A stretch of DNA of 64,000 bases, taken from NCBI GenBank assembly GCA_951406725.2, contig OX597818.1, positions 132,060,001 through 132,124,000 of the forward strand, read 5' to 3'. This DNA comes from Octopus vulgaris. Lineage: Eukaryota. Shown here one piece after another: positions 39,096-52,889 of the stretch. A program made the translations under genes and the position numbers. The notes beneath the pieces are model-generated. The model was not told where the DNA came from, made no database searches, and saw nothing but the letters and a program-made list of their open reading frames with translations. The number at the start of each line of letters is the position of its first letter. Position 1 is the first letter of the stretch.

Positions 39096-41891
39096 CTGTG
39101 TGTGTGTGTATAGATACATTTTATAATATACATATGTATTATACAATGTAGATTACATATTCTTTGAATCTTGCTTAAAAATATATTTTGAATGTCATTA
39201 TTACATGCGCTTCATTTGCCGTCTTGAGCATGTCTCCCAAGTGTCCATGCCTGCTTTGCTTGTTTGCACTTGCTGCAGCCAAACAAAATGGGTAGACTTG
39301 TAAGCTTAAAATGAAATGCATGAGAGTCTGGAGGCGTATACCTTTATGCTTAATCAAACAGTTACAGCGCCACGTTGTCGTATCCTCTAACACACCCTGC
39401 ATAAGTAGTTGCAGGGAAAACGAAAATGAATACAAACAAAAGCAAAGGAAAACGAAGGGAGGAGGAAGGAAAAATAAATCCAAGAATCAAAAACAAAAAA
39501 AAAAAAAGACAAGTGAAAATAGAAAATTGAGTATGCGTTTGTAAGCCAATGAGAGTTGTTCTTTAGAATCAATGCTCTGCTAGATCTTAAGGTATGTGTG
39601 TGTGTGTGTTGTGTTGAATAAATATTCATCATGAATAACTTAACACGGTGCCATAACTCTCTGAATTAAATATTCCTTCCTATTCAGTTTTTATCGAAAA
39701 TAAAAATAAAATCTTTTGAGAATTAGCTTTATTGCAAGATTTCTGTGAAATTTATTTTGTTATATTTTAAATAGTTATTCATTTGTTTTGTTTTTATTAA
39801 GTTTACTTTTAAAGTTTTTTTTTTTTTTTAAAGATTTCAAGATTTCAATACCAACAACAACAATTACAATGATAATATAAAGATTTTAAGCTGTATATTC
39901 TGAAGACATTAGATGTTCTTCTTATTTTAGAATTGATTTTGAGATAACAAATTGTATATCAGGTTTTAAACAACTCCTCTCTCCCCTCCTCTTTATCTTT
40001 TCCTCACACAAATACACTCCGGCAGACACTTGTGTTTATAAGCATGCATGTAAGCATGTATGTATGAATGTATGTATGTATGATGTATGCATGTATTGAT
40101 ACATGTATGTATGTGTGTCTGTATATATATATATATATATAATTCTAAATATTCGGTAATGCCAATTTTTGTTTTTCTCTCATGTTAAAGTTGAGAAATT
40201 AGCATTGGAAGAGAGTTGAATAGCTTCTTCCATGTGTGGGTGTATTATTATTATTTTTTTGAATTTGTAAGTTGATTTGTTTTATATATATATTTCTGCT
40301 CTTTACATCAATTACTTTCAGTTTGATAATAAAAAGTTATCCTTGCCATCATTAACTTAAAAAAAAAGGACAAATGACAAAACATCAGATTTCTACTAAT
40401 TCTAATTAACTATTTACTTTTTGCTGTTTGTCAGTTTACCTTATAAGTAAACGGATTGGTTTAGGGAAAGCAAACTGTGGTCTGTTATTAACTCATTTAT
40501 ATGATTTCCTGCTATCATTATTTGCATATTTAGGTTTACATTTGTTTTGATGGCAGCTGTGGTAGAAAATAATTAGAATAGCTTACTCTATGTGTGTGTG
40601 TGTGTGTGAATGTGTGTGTGTGTGTGTGTGTGTGTGAATGTGTTAGCACACGTGTGTGTGTTTCTGTGTGTGTGTGTGTGTGTGTGTGTACATGTGTGTA
40701 TTTGTTTTCAGTTCCTGAAGAATATGGCATTCTGCTATGTAAGTGGATCAGAAGAGTAAGCACTGCTTCTTCATCCTCCAATCACAACCCATCTTTAGTT
40801 TTGCTTGTATGCCAGAAGGTGGGTTTCTATCTAGCCAATAAGGAAGGAATGCCACTGTCACTTTCCAGCAAAAGCTTGTTGTTGTGGTTGTTGTCATTAT
40901 TGTCGTCAATTATATTGTTGATGTTGCTGTAAGTTTTGTGTTTGTTGTTGATATTCTAGCACTTTCTCATTATTATACTAACATAATTAAATTTAAAATA
41001 TCTAGTATTTATTTATATTTTATTCAATGCTTTCAAGAACTAAACTATTTTTTAGTGTGTGTGCTTATATATTGTTTGTGTATGTGCATCTGTGTATGTG
41101 TGTGTATTTGTGCCTGTCTGTGTGTATGTGTGAGTATTTGTGCCTGTGTGTGTGTGAGAGAGAGAGAGAGAGAGTATATTCTTTTGTGTATTTCTCTATA
41201 CTTGTTTGTACAAATGTCTCAGTGCAGATGTATATAAGTCTACATGTGTCTAAGTATAGCTAAAAGTTGGAGTGTGATACACGTGTTTATGATGGAGGGT
41301 GTGTGTATATATTTGTGAATATGTATGTTTGTGAGTGAATGTGTGAATATATGAGCCTTTTTATATATGTGTATGTGCATTAGTAATATGTGAGAGCGTA
41401 TATGTACAACTGTTTAATTTCTCCCCATTTGTTTTACATTTTTAAAAATTATGTCCGTAATTTCCAAATTTTCCAAATTTTCCAAATTACATTTTTTTTC
41501 TTTTGAGTTAATTCTTGTTGCTGTCATCATCAAAGTAAATCATTTTTCATCGTCCTCCTTTTCATCATCATCATCGTCATCGTCGTTGTCAGTGTCAGCA
41601 ACATGTCACTATTTTGAAGTGATTTGTTTTTGTATCTATGTTTAGATGTTTAGTAGAAGTCTCTCCATGTTGCATCATGGTGAGATTATCCATAATTTGT
41701 AGCATGTGGCATTGATTGCTTACTCATCAATATGTTGCAAAGTAAATGATTAATCACATACCTGCACGAGTATTTGAGGGCCAGAACTTCAATTTTTTCA
41801 GTCGGGTAAATAAATATATGGAAATTTAAATGTGAGAAAATAAAATAAAGCTAAAAGTAGTATTTGGATATTTTAATGATTGCACAAAACA

Positions 41892-41951
<60 letters not shown>

Positions 41952-42096
41952 GCACGCATGCGCATGTATGTGTGAGTGTGTGTAAACATACACTGTTATG
42001 ATGAGTTTTCATCAAGCATTTAATAAAAAGAATAGTTGAACCAAATAGACATTAAATGAAATATATTAAAAGAATATTTAACACAAAAAATTAAAT

Positions 42097-42140
<44 letters not shown>

Positions 42141-42695
42141 GTGCACACTCAATTGCATACACACAAACACATACACAATTCAAAGGATATTATTTGTAAA
42201 AAACGATGAATATTATTTTCATTTAGAACAAAACATATTCTCTAGCAAACAAATATGTGTATATGTATGAATGCTTATGTATGTATGTATGTATGTATGT
42301 ATGTATGTATATATGTATGAATGTATGTATATATGTATATATATGTATGTATGTATCTATCTATCTCTCTCTCTCCCTCTCCCTCTCACTACACACACAC
42401 ACACGCATGCATACACACACACACACACATATATATATGGCCATGTGGAACTATTACATCACTTGGATGTATAGGGGCACCTAGGCATAGAAAAAATTGA
42501 TTTAATGAATTCTTTCTAATCCATTACATATAATTATTAGCATGACTTTTTAGGCACTGATGTTGCAAATTGCCAGCAGGTTATGCACATATATACATAC
42601 ATGCATAAATACACACACATATTATAATCATCATCATATGTGTGTATGTGAATGTGTGCACCCATGTGTATATATATATATATATTTTTTTTTAA

Positions 42696-42811
42696 TTATT
42701 TTATAGAAGGAGCTTCTACAGGACTAGAACTGTTAAAATAAATTACTTTACTCTGCTATGTATTGAGTACCTTATTTACTGTGGTTAACCCCGACTCAAC
42801 CCGGGATCTAC
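42696..42811. mobile_element. Third copy of the same element: inverted arrangement with the centre deleted
   Basis: 42696-42734 matches in + orientation and 42735-42811 in - orientation. The CTGATGA-containing core is missing. Confidence 0.7.
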
Positions 42812-43420
42812 ATATATATATATATATATATTTTACTTTTTTCAGTCATTTGGGTGTGGCCATGCTGGATCACAGCCTTAATAAAATATATTATGTATTA
42901 TATGTGGTGTAGCTATTATTTTACTTTGCAACCATATGGTTACACATTGACTCCTACTGATTAGCACCTCTGACAGGTGTTTTATACTATGCCACCAAGT
43001 TGACCAATGCCTTGTGAATGAATTTCATATTCAGAAAATGACCAGAAGTCCATTGTGTGTGTGTGTATATATATATATATATACATACACTCATACAAAT
43101 ATATGTATACATACAAACATATATAAATGTGTTAGTTGCCAGTCTGTCAATCATTTGATAACTAGTGTTGGTTTCTTTGACCAAATTTCTCAAGACCTGC
43201 ATGACCACTACCCAATGAATGGAAAAGAGAGAGTTCAAAGGATATATTAATATCATATTTATAATATATAGTATAAAACACTTGCCGAAGGAGCTAACCA
43301 GTGGGACGCAACCTGTAAGAATATGGTTGCAAAGCATAACAGTAATTATATCATATATAATACAAAATACGTTTTATATACATACATGTTATACAAACAC
43401 ATACACACACACACACACAT

Positions 43421-43501
<81 letters not shown>

Positions 43502-43648
43502 AATATATATATGTACATAATGTGTGTGCACATATATTTATATATATACAGATATATGTGTATATATATATATATATATCTATATGTGTATACATATATG
43601 CATAGATATATATATATGTGTGAGTGCCTGTGTATATGTGATGTGTGT

Positions 43649-43710
<62 letters not shown>

Positions 43711-44189
43711 GTGTGTCTGAGTAAGTGTGAGTGAGTGTGTGTACATGTCTCTTGTGTTATCTGGTTGGAATTGCCAGATATTTTGGTCTGCAGTCCTCAG
43801 TGAATGGATATTTGGGCTTCTTAGCATGTTTTGATATCTTGTACAGGTTTTTGTTTTTTCTAAAATGTGCCCCCTTAAACAGTAATATCTATTTCCAGTT
43901 CATTACATGAGATATATTCAGGCTGTTAATTGATCATTGGACCAAGAAATTGTTAGCTCATCTGAGAAGAAGAAGGGTTGATGACAGGAAGGGTATCTGA
44001 CAGGAAAGGTATCTGACAGAATATAGTCACATCTAATTCATGCAAATATGGAACTGTAGACATCAAGACAATGATAATGATGATGACGACTATATATATG
44101 TGTGTATATTTATATATATATATATATTTATATATACAAAAATACAATTATATATACACATCTATGAATATATTTGTATGTGTGTACAT

Positions 44190-44585
44190 ATTCTTTTATT
44201 CTTTTACTTGTTTCAGTCATTTGACTGTGGCCATGCTGAAGCACAACCTTGAGGGGCTTTAGTTGAACAAATTGACCCCAGAACTTATTCCATCATGCTT
44301 TTTTTTTTTTTTTTTTGCTGAACCACTACGTTACAGGCACATAAGCACACAACACTGGTTGTCAAGTGGTTTTAGGGGACAAACACACACATAGATATAT
44401 ATATATATACATATATATATATATGATGGGCTTCTTTCTGTTTCCATCTATCAAACCCACTCACAAGGCTTTGGTCGGCCCGAGGCTATAGTAGAAGATA
44501 CTTGCCCAAGGTGCCATGCAATGGGACTGAACCCAGAACCATGTGTTTGGGAAGCAAGCTTCTTACCACACAGCAATTCCTGTGT
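44190..44585 (-). mobile_element. SINE family A (older copy)
   Basis: Full-length homology to family A. Confidence 0.85.
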
Positions 44586-45349
44586 ATATATATGCAAACA
44601 TACATATATATATATTCTTACTTTTTTCCACTTGATTTCTGACCATTTCCGTTAATATCATGGGTTTGATGAAGATTTATTGAGTTGAGTCTCTTTCTAT
44701 TGCCAAGACTTCTTGCTTTCCAAGTACACATTATTTAGGCCACCAGTGTTCCAAGTTGAATGTGCAGTGCCACAAGACATCATGTTTGCAGGTAGTGTAA
44801 ACATTACATTACTGTTTTGCTTAAGTGATAATGATGTGTACACATTCACACACACACAAACACCTACCATTCCTATCATGCACAAACAAATACACACAAA
44901 TATGTTTTATGATGGGAGACATTTTTGTATTCATATACTACCAGTTTCATGTATGAGGTGTTGAATAACCAGAGAGTATATCAGAATGTAGTTGACAAAG
45001 ATGCCATGGAGTCAGACAGAACTTGAAACCATGTAGTTATGAAACATTTCTGTATCTTTTTACTCAAGCCTGAGCTTCTGTAGGTACATACATACATACG
45101 TAAGTACATACACACATACATACATATAAACACCCATATATAAGTGTGTATGTATATATGTATGTATAATATATAGATATGTATGTGTATATGTTTTTTT
45201 ACAGAAGATATATACATGTATATATAAATATATATCCATTTATATATATTTATATATACATGTATATATTAATATATATACATTTATATTTGTTTATATA
45301 TACATGTATATATAAATATAAATACATTTATATATATTTATATACACAC

Positions 45350-45437
<88 letters not shown>

Positions 45438-45490
45438 TATGTATATACACACAAATAAATATGCGTATATTTACATATCTCAATATACAG

Positions 45491-45554
45491 AGATAAATAG
45501 ATATGCACCCCTATTTAGCTATATAGCTAAATAAGGGTGCATATCTATTTATCT
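45491..45554. repeat. Near-perfect 64-bp palindrome
   Basis: agataaatagatatgcacccctatttagctat|atagctaaataagggtgcatatctatttatct, one mismatch. Confidence 0.9.
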
Positions 45555-45616
45555 ATCTATTTATCTCTGTATGTATCTACACATACACATGCACACACAC
45601 ATTTCAGATATGTGTG

Positions 45617-45662
<46 letters not shown>

Positions 45663-45957
45663 TTACATGTGTGTGTAAGTGTATACCCATCAGTGCCTTT
45701 CTTACTTCTCTTTATTTTCATTCTTCCTCTCTTATCACTATCCTATTATCTCCCCTTCTGTCACCCTCTGTTTTTCTATACTAGATTGCTTCCATTATTA
45801 TCTATGACTGGGTGTATATAAAGGCAGGAAAGTAGTAAACAGCACAAAAGCACCTACCGGCTTGTGGAAACTAGTGTATGTTTTATATATTTCTTATTGA
45901 TATATATATATATATATATGTGTGTGTAAAAAGGCTTGTATACGAGTGGGTATTTAT

Positions 45958-46011
<54 letters not shown>

Positions 46012-46469
46012 GATAGATAGATAGACAGATAGATTGAGAGAAAGAGACACAGAAAGAGGTGTACATATATCTGTGTGTATATATACATATACACTCACAC
46101 ACCTGCATATGTGCACAGGAATATGCCTATAATTACATATATATATATATATACACATACATATATGCATATACATATTTTATTTTATTGGTTTTATTTC
46201 ATATACTTGTATATTTAGAAATACTTGTACATATGTATGTACATACATATAGGTATGTATGCATTTATATGTTCATATAAATATGTATAGATATTGTGTA
46301 TGTGTTTATATATATTATGTGTTTATATATATATAACTGTAAACATAAATATATGCATATATGCACCACACACACACATACATAGTTATATCTGTGTGTG
46401 TGTGCGTGTTCATATGATTGCATAGTGTGTGTCAATAGAGTACAGCATTCTTTCAATTATACACACTCA

Positions 46470-47012
46470 AATCATCATCATCATCATCATCTATTTTCCA
46501 TCCATTCTTGGCAGATTTTCTATGTCCAGCTACCCATCCTGTCATCACCCTTGGCATCACCATCCACCCCTTTCAAGAAGGTAATGTTTTCCCTTCGTTT
46601 GCCATATTTCCACAGAAGGTTGGACTTCAATGAGGTTGCTTGCATGTTGGTGATGCTTGTTTACAACCTTTTTTTAGCAATGTGAAATCAGGGAAACATA
46701 ACCCACCCATGCACACTCACACACACTTACACCCCCTAAATACACATATATATACACATGTGTATTGTGCTTATATACATATATATATATATATATTTAT
46801 ATACACACAAAAATATACATGTCTGTATATGTACATACACGGTGGTTTTCTTTTAGTTTCCAAATATACTCTGCCAAATCTACTTACAAGGAGCCAGATG
46901 GCCTGGGATTGTAATAAGAGACACTCACTCAAGTTATCTCAGAATAGGGCTGAACACGAACCCATATAGTTGGAAGTGAAATTTGTTAACCAAACAACCA
47001 TGCCTGTGCCTA
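46470..47012 (-). mobile_element. Old chimeric SINE: family A head, microsatellite, RTE-type tail
   Basis: Minus strand starts aggcacaggcatggttgtttggttaac...ccttgtaagtagatttggcag (A-like) and ends in the variant 3' half with (GAT)n. Confidence 0.55.
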
Positions 47013-47013
47013 T

Positions 47014-47915
47014 CTATCTATCTATCTGCTTGTCTGTACATACATACATACAAACACACATGCATTCATTTACATATACATACATGCACATATATACACA
47101 CTTATGCATATACATATACTTACATACACATACATGCACATACATACACACACATACATACATACATACACATACACATACATACATACATACACATATA
47201 CATACACATATACATACATACACACACATACATACATACATACATACACATATACATACATACACATATACATTCATTTACATATACATACATGCACATA
47301 TATACACACATTCATTCATTTACATATACATGCACATGCACATATATACACACATGCATTCATTTACATATACATACATACACATATACATACACATATA
47401 CATACATACACATATACATACACATATACAAACATACACATACAAACATACACATATACATACATACACACACATACATACATACATACACATACATTTA
47501 CATACATACATACACATACATATACATACATACATACACATATACATACACATATACATACACATATACAAACATACACATATACATACATACACACACA
47601 TACATACATACATACACATACATTTACATACATACATACACATACATACACATACATACATACACATATACATACACATATACATACACATATACATACA
47701 CATATACATACATACACATATACAAACATACACACACATACATACATACATACACATACATTTACATACATACATACACATATACACATACATATACACA
47801 TACACATATACATACACATATACATACACATATACATACATACACATATACATACATACATACACATACATACATACATACATACATACTACATACATAA
47901 ACACAAACATACATA
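47014..47915. repeat. About 900-bp compound CA/TA/CATA microsatellite with higher-order repeats
   Basis: Recurrent blocks such as catacacatata and cacatacatttacatacata. Confidence 0.95.
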
Positions 47916-48315
47916 TGTAGAAAAATATCTGATAAAAATCAAATATAATCCATTCGATATCATATACCATATCCTCCATATACTATATTGATTAATCAGT
48001 TCCCCACCACTCAATGTATTATTCAAATAATAAATTTTAATTCATTTTATTTTATATGCTGCTTGATGGGTTGATCTGACTTAAGTTATAAATGGGTTGG
48101 GGTGGAACGAATCAATTGTTAAAGGCTGTGCTTAGCCCATATTTTATTTGTTTTTTATTTTCCTTAATTTTTGCTTAATTTTCATCATTCTTCTGTTTTT
48201 TGTTTTGTTCTTCATTTAAATATATAATTTATTAATCGATTTTTGAATATGAGAAATTGTTACTTTTTAAATTGGTTAGCTTGTGATTGGGTTAGGCTCA
48301 ATATATTAAAAAATA

Positions 48316-48397
<82 letters not shown>

Positions 48398-48565
48398 CAC
48401 ATGCTTGTACATAAATATACTAACACACCACAAACATACAGTCACACATATGTTTGTCTTTGAAAGATATTAGCAGGAAAAAAGTTCCTTTATATTTTGC
48501 TTTCAATTCTTTGAATAAATAGATTTCTGACTGGCATATTAATTTAAATTACTACACGACGATGG

Positions 48566-48596
<31 letters not shown>

Positions 48597-49331
48597 TACT
48601 ACTACTACTACTGTAATTACTGCTGTTGCTGTGCTGCTATGATGATTAGGAGGAAGAAGCCTCTGTTTCCAATTATTATGCTTATTAGTCAATCATTCTA
48701 TCAATTAGCGAACATTTATTTATGAAGTTATTCATTTATATCATGCAAATGTGATAAAGATACTCAGCTGCCAGAATATACTTTCATCAGTCATATGGTC
48801 CAAAGTGTGATTAATTTGACATGTATTTTTATTTTTCAACTGATGCCCAACTTAATGAAAGAAATGTAATATTTATCTTTTATACACAGTGCTCTTACCA
48901 CTTGTTGAGGTACCATATCCTCTCCACATTGTGTCTGTTTTTAAGTAAAACTAGTTCAATTAGTTTTGATCATTACATATTCATATTGAGAATAATTCTG
49001 AGTTACAAACTTATTAACCACATCATTTCTCTTTCTAAATACACCATTCTTTTGAATAGTGTATTCTCAAAGTATCTCCAGGTTTCCTATTTGTAGCTAC
49101 TTGGTAAATAGCAAATATGTTTAATTGTAAAGAAGTGCAATATGAAATGGTGATACTCAAGTAAATATTTTTTGTTAGATACATAATGATCGATGTGTTA
49201 CTGTTATGTGATAGACTCATACATCTGTTGCTTCCTGATTTAATTTGACACATTCCAGCTTTATGTATTATATCTGAGCCCCAAGGTGGCAAGTTGACTG
49301 AATCACATCATGCAAAATTCTTAGTGGCATT

Positions 49332-49332
<1 letters not shown>

Positions 49333-49372
<40 letters not shown>

Positions 49373-49735
49373 TGTGTACAGTGCTCAGGTGCACTACAAC
49401 TCATCTAAAGTGTATATATAATCAGGTGTAGTTTCGGCGGATTTCGGAAAGCATGAGGGCCTTAAAGGATGCAGTGTCATGGCAGTCAACAACTGACGCA
49501 GGCAGTTTATTCTATGCTTCAGGAACTCTGAGCGTGAAAAAATGTTTCCGAAAGTCATGGGAGCTGTGTTGTTTTCTGACTTTGTAGGCATGTCCACGTG
49601 TGTTAGACACATGGAGATCAAAAAGGTGTTCAGTGTTGTTGTTGGTGAGGTGGTTGATAACTTTGTGGGTGTTTACCAAGTCCGTTGCCAGACGCTGGAG
49701 CTTCAGTGAATCCATGCCCAGGGAAACAAGGCGCT
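49333..49735 (-). mobile_element. CR1-clade LINE 3' end inserted in a family C SINE
   Basis: Translates RLVSLGMDSLKLQRLATDL...SNTRGHAYKVRKQHSSHDFRKHFFTLRVPEA*NKLP (CR1-type TRGH...FF..RV...WN.LP), with (TTA)n tail. SINE C halves lie at 49282-49332 and 49736-49895. Confidence 0.85.
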
Positions 49736-51056
49736 CTTTGTCTGTCTTTATATTCTGAGCACAAATTCTGCTGAGGTTGATTTTTGCTTTTCATCCTTTT
49801 GGGGTTGATGAAATAAGTACAAATAGAACACTCGGATTGATGTAATCATCTAACCTCTCCCACAAAGGTTCAGATCTTGTGCCTATAGAAAAAAAGGAGA
49901 TATATTTGGTCACATCTCAGAATGATATAAAAAGCTACGTTAAGCCACAAGTCATGGTTATCAAGTGCTAGTCTGTCTTTGTTTTTATGCTAACTCATGT
50001 AATCGGTTGTTGACAATCCTACCACAATTAGGTTACATGTGATTAATCTGATGTATGTACAGTGTGTATTTTTATTTTCATTTCCACACTCTGTTATATG
50101 TGTTTCCTGTCAATGTGTATTTTTGCACTATAGCCAGCAGTTCTCTCTGTCAAACACATCAAACAACTGAAAACGTATTTTTTTTGTTCATGAATTTGTC
50201 TCATTTATATCCAACATGTCACTGGTTGTCATGTGGAAAAGTGATATGCAATAGAAATGCCTTTAGATATATAACTACATAGCAACAGAATATTGGTAGG
50301 TCTTCTAATTAATTAAGACAGTGGATATCTTGGATACTGACCACAAATGGAGAAAAAATTATTTCATTTTGTTTCTTTTATAAACTTACTTTTTAATATT
50401 GTATGAAATATTTTTTCTTATAATGTAAGTAAATGAGAGGTGATGGGGGTATATATCAGATGTAACCTTATTTGTTCTACATATTTATATCTGTTTATTT
50501 ATTGTTGTTGTTATCTATTTCAACTGATTGCTTTTGTTGTATTGTCCACTATATATCTGGATTTGCAAACAGATGAAGAGAAGCAATTAAACATATCTTT
50601 ACATACATGTGTTTTTATTTTCAATCATTTCTACTTCCTTACTTTGTTAAAATTTTTTATAGTATCTAGTTTAATTTCAATCATATACTAATTTCAAGCA
50701 TTTGATTCAATACAAGTATTGATTCAATAAGAAATATAGAATTTTCTATTAACTGTATACAAATCTATTTTACAATTAGATCCCTAGTTTTCCTAAATAT
50801 AAGTATTTTAAAATTATTTCTCAATAAATAAAAACAAACAACAGAAAACAATTATTCTTATCATTTATGAAATATTAAGCAATTTTACGAAGTTATTTAA
50901 GAACTTTTTTTCTTATAATATTTTGACTCAACCTGGATTTGGAAAAATGAAAATATTAGAAACAGTAGAATAGCTGACTTGATTATCTTATTTTTCTGAG
51001 CCCACACCCTTCACAGTCAATTCAGATAAACTCACTATTGGTTTTATTACTTTGAG

Positions 51057-51105
51057 AATTCATAAAATATGGGGGATTCATAAAATATGGGGAATTCATA
51101 AAATG
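51057..51105 (+). repeat. 18-bp tandem repeat, about 2.7 copies (attcataaaatatgggg)
   Basis: Directly visible. Confidence 0.85.
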
Positions 51106-52767
51106 GATACCAACATTATGATAAAATTAACTTCATTCTTCCCCGCATTATAAACAATTAAAATTATATAATTTTACTTGATAAGAAATTCTTATAGAAA
51201 CTGAAAACAGATTAAATGAGAACAACCTAACCAAATCTTAATTAATTACTCCAGATATTAGTTTTAATTTTTTCAGAACTGAATAAAAATTGGTATTAAT
51301 TCCTTTATCAGGTATGGCTTTAAGAGAATTGAATAGGGTCAATCAGTCTGCATCATTCCAGTTGATTGTGTTTCATTTACCCTGACATTTGTAAGTTTTT
51401 GCTTTTGGTCCCTGCAACCATTAATTTCTGTGCTTGGACAAGTTTTCATAACTGACTATAAGTTACAAATTTCATTGATGTGACTAGTGAGAATGGTGGC
51501 AATCTATAAAATTAGTTGTTAAAAAAATTAGTTGGCTTGAAAAAGAAAATGAATGTAAAACAAAATCAGGAACATGAACAAAATTACAGAAATCTTCAAA
51601 AAAAAGTAAAAGTAAAAGTAAAAAAATTACAAAAAATGTTGGTTAAGAGATGTAAAACTAAAGTCTACATTGGTAATTTTTGAACTGACAAATTTGAGAT
51701 AAGCAAAAATTGTTAATTTCCAAACTACTTAAATAACTCTAAAAAACAAAGCTACTGAATATTTTGTTTAAAACATTAGCTACTCCTCAACCATTTAATT
51801 TTCATTAGAGAATACTAGCTTTATAATTCAAGTAATTTGACAGTGACCATGTTTGTATTGTTAGAATGTATGTATTAAGACATATAATTTTTTAGTATTT
51901 TTTTCTTTATTTATACTTGTTATTCAAATAGCCCTTCAACTAAAACTATACAGTGTAGGTTTGAAATACTGTTTCTTGTACAACTATCTTAGCTAGAGAA
52001 AATTTCGCATTAATCATAATGTGATTGCTTAGAATGACAGAAAAACTTTTCAATTTACCACCTTCTTTGTAACCGAAATGAAATGAAATAACCACATATA
52101 CAGACTTCTGATAATTTTTCTCTGTTAATAGGAATGAGAAATCATTAGATATTACTGAATACTGCATCACCACCATTACCACGTGTGTGCGTGTGTGTGC
52201 ATGCGTGTGTGTGTGTGTGTGTGTGCGTATACATTGATTAGATTTACATATGCATGCTCATATATAATTTATAACCACACCAGTCTTCAGTATACCACTT
52301 GCACTTGATTTCAGTCCTATTAAACATATTTAAAAATTAATTTCATGTAACAAGCAACTATTTTTAAGTCTGGAATTTTCTTTTCACCCTGAAGCTGTTT
52401 CTATTCCTAATTTAGATTTCAACTTTGTTTTTCATATTATGTAAGGATATTTTACAAATATTCATTTACACTCACATCAACACTCTCTCTCACACACACA
52501 CACATTCATATATGCATCCATAAACATTTAATAGAAAATTGAATGAGCTTAACTTTAGCAATGATTGTATAAATTGTTAATGTTCCTTAAATTATAAAAG
52601 TTTTTAAGTAATGTTTATTTTTTTGCTTTAGTTTAAAGCCCTATTCCGAGAAAAAGTAATGTAATTGATTCAGTTGAAATTTTTGAGAAAACTCTATCTT
52701 TATTTTCAAAGTCATTGTAATATGTTCTAATTTTTTTTATATTTTGGTAACTTTTACTTCTTTTTAG

Positions 52768-52889
52768 TATGTAGAAACTTTGCCAGCTCAGACTGGAACC
52801 TGGTGCAGCAGCTGGCTCTCCAGACCTCAGTCAAACCTTCTAACTCATGACAGCATGGAAAACAGACGTTAATTGATGATGATGATGAT
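52768..52889 (+). mobile_element. Short family B 3' end
   Basis: gtagaaactttgccag...agcatggaaaacagacgttaattgatgatgat. Confidence 0.75.

Noticed and set aside
39200-39300. p53-like half sites (gagcatgtct and neighbours)
   Set aside because: Only one good half-site, with no properly paired second half.
44640-45085. Possible decayed DNA-transposon or mariner end
   Set aside because: I could not establish paired TIRs or transposase motifs by eye.
46970-47991. Longest ORFs in the track (295-316 aa, H/T/Y/I-rich)
   Set aside because: Pure translation of a CA/TA microsatellite, open in several frames on both strands.
51400-51425. tttggtccctgcaacca resembling miR-133
   Set aside because: Mismatches beyond the seed and no convincing precursor hairpin.
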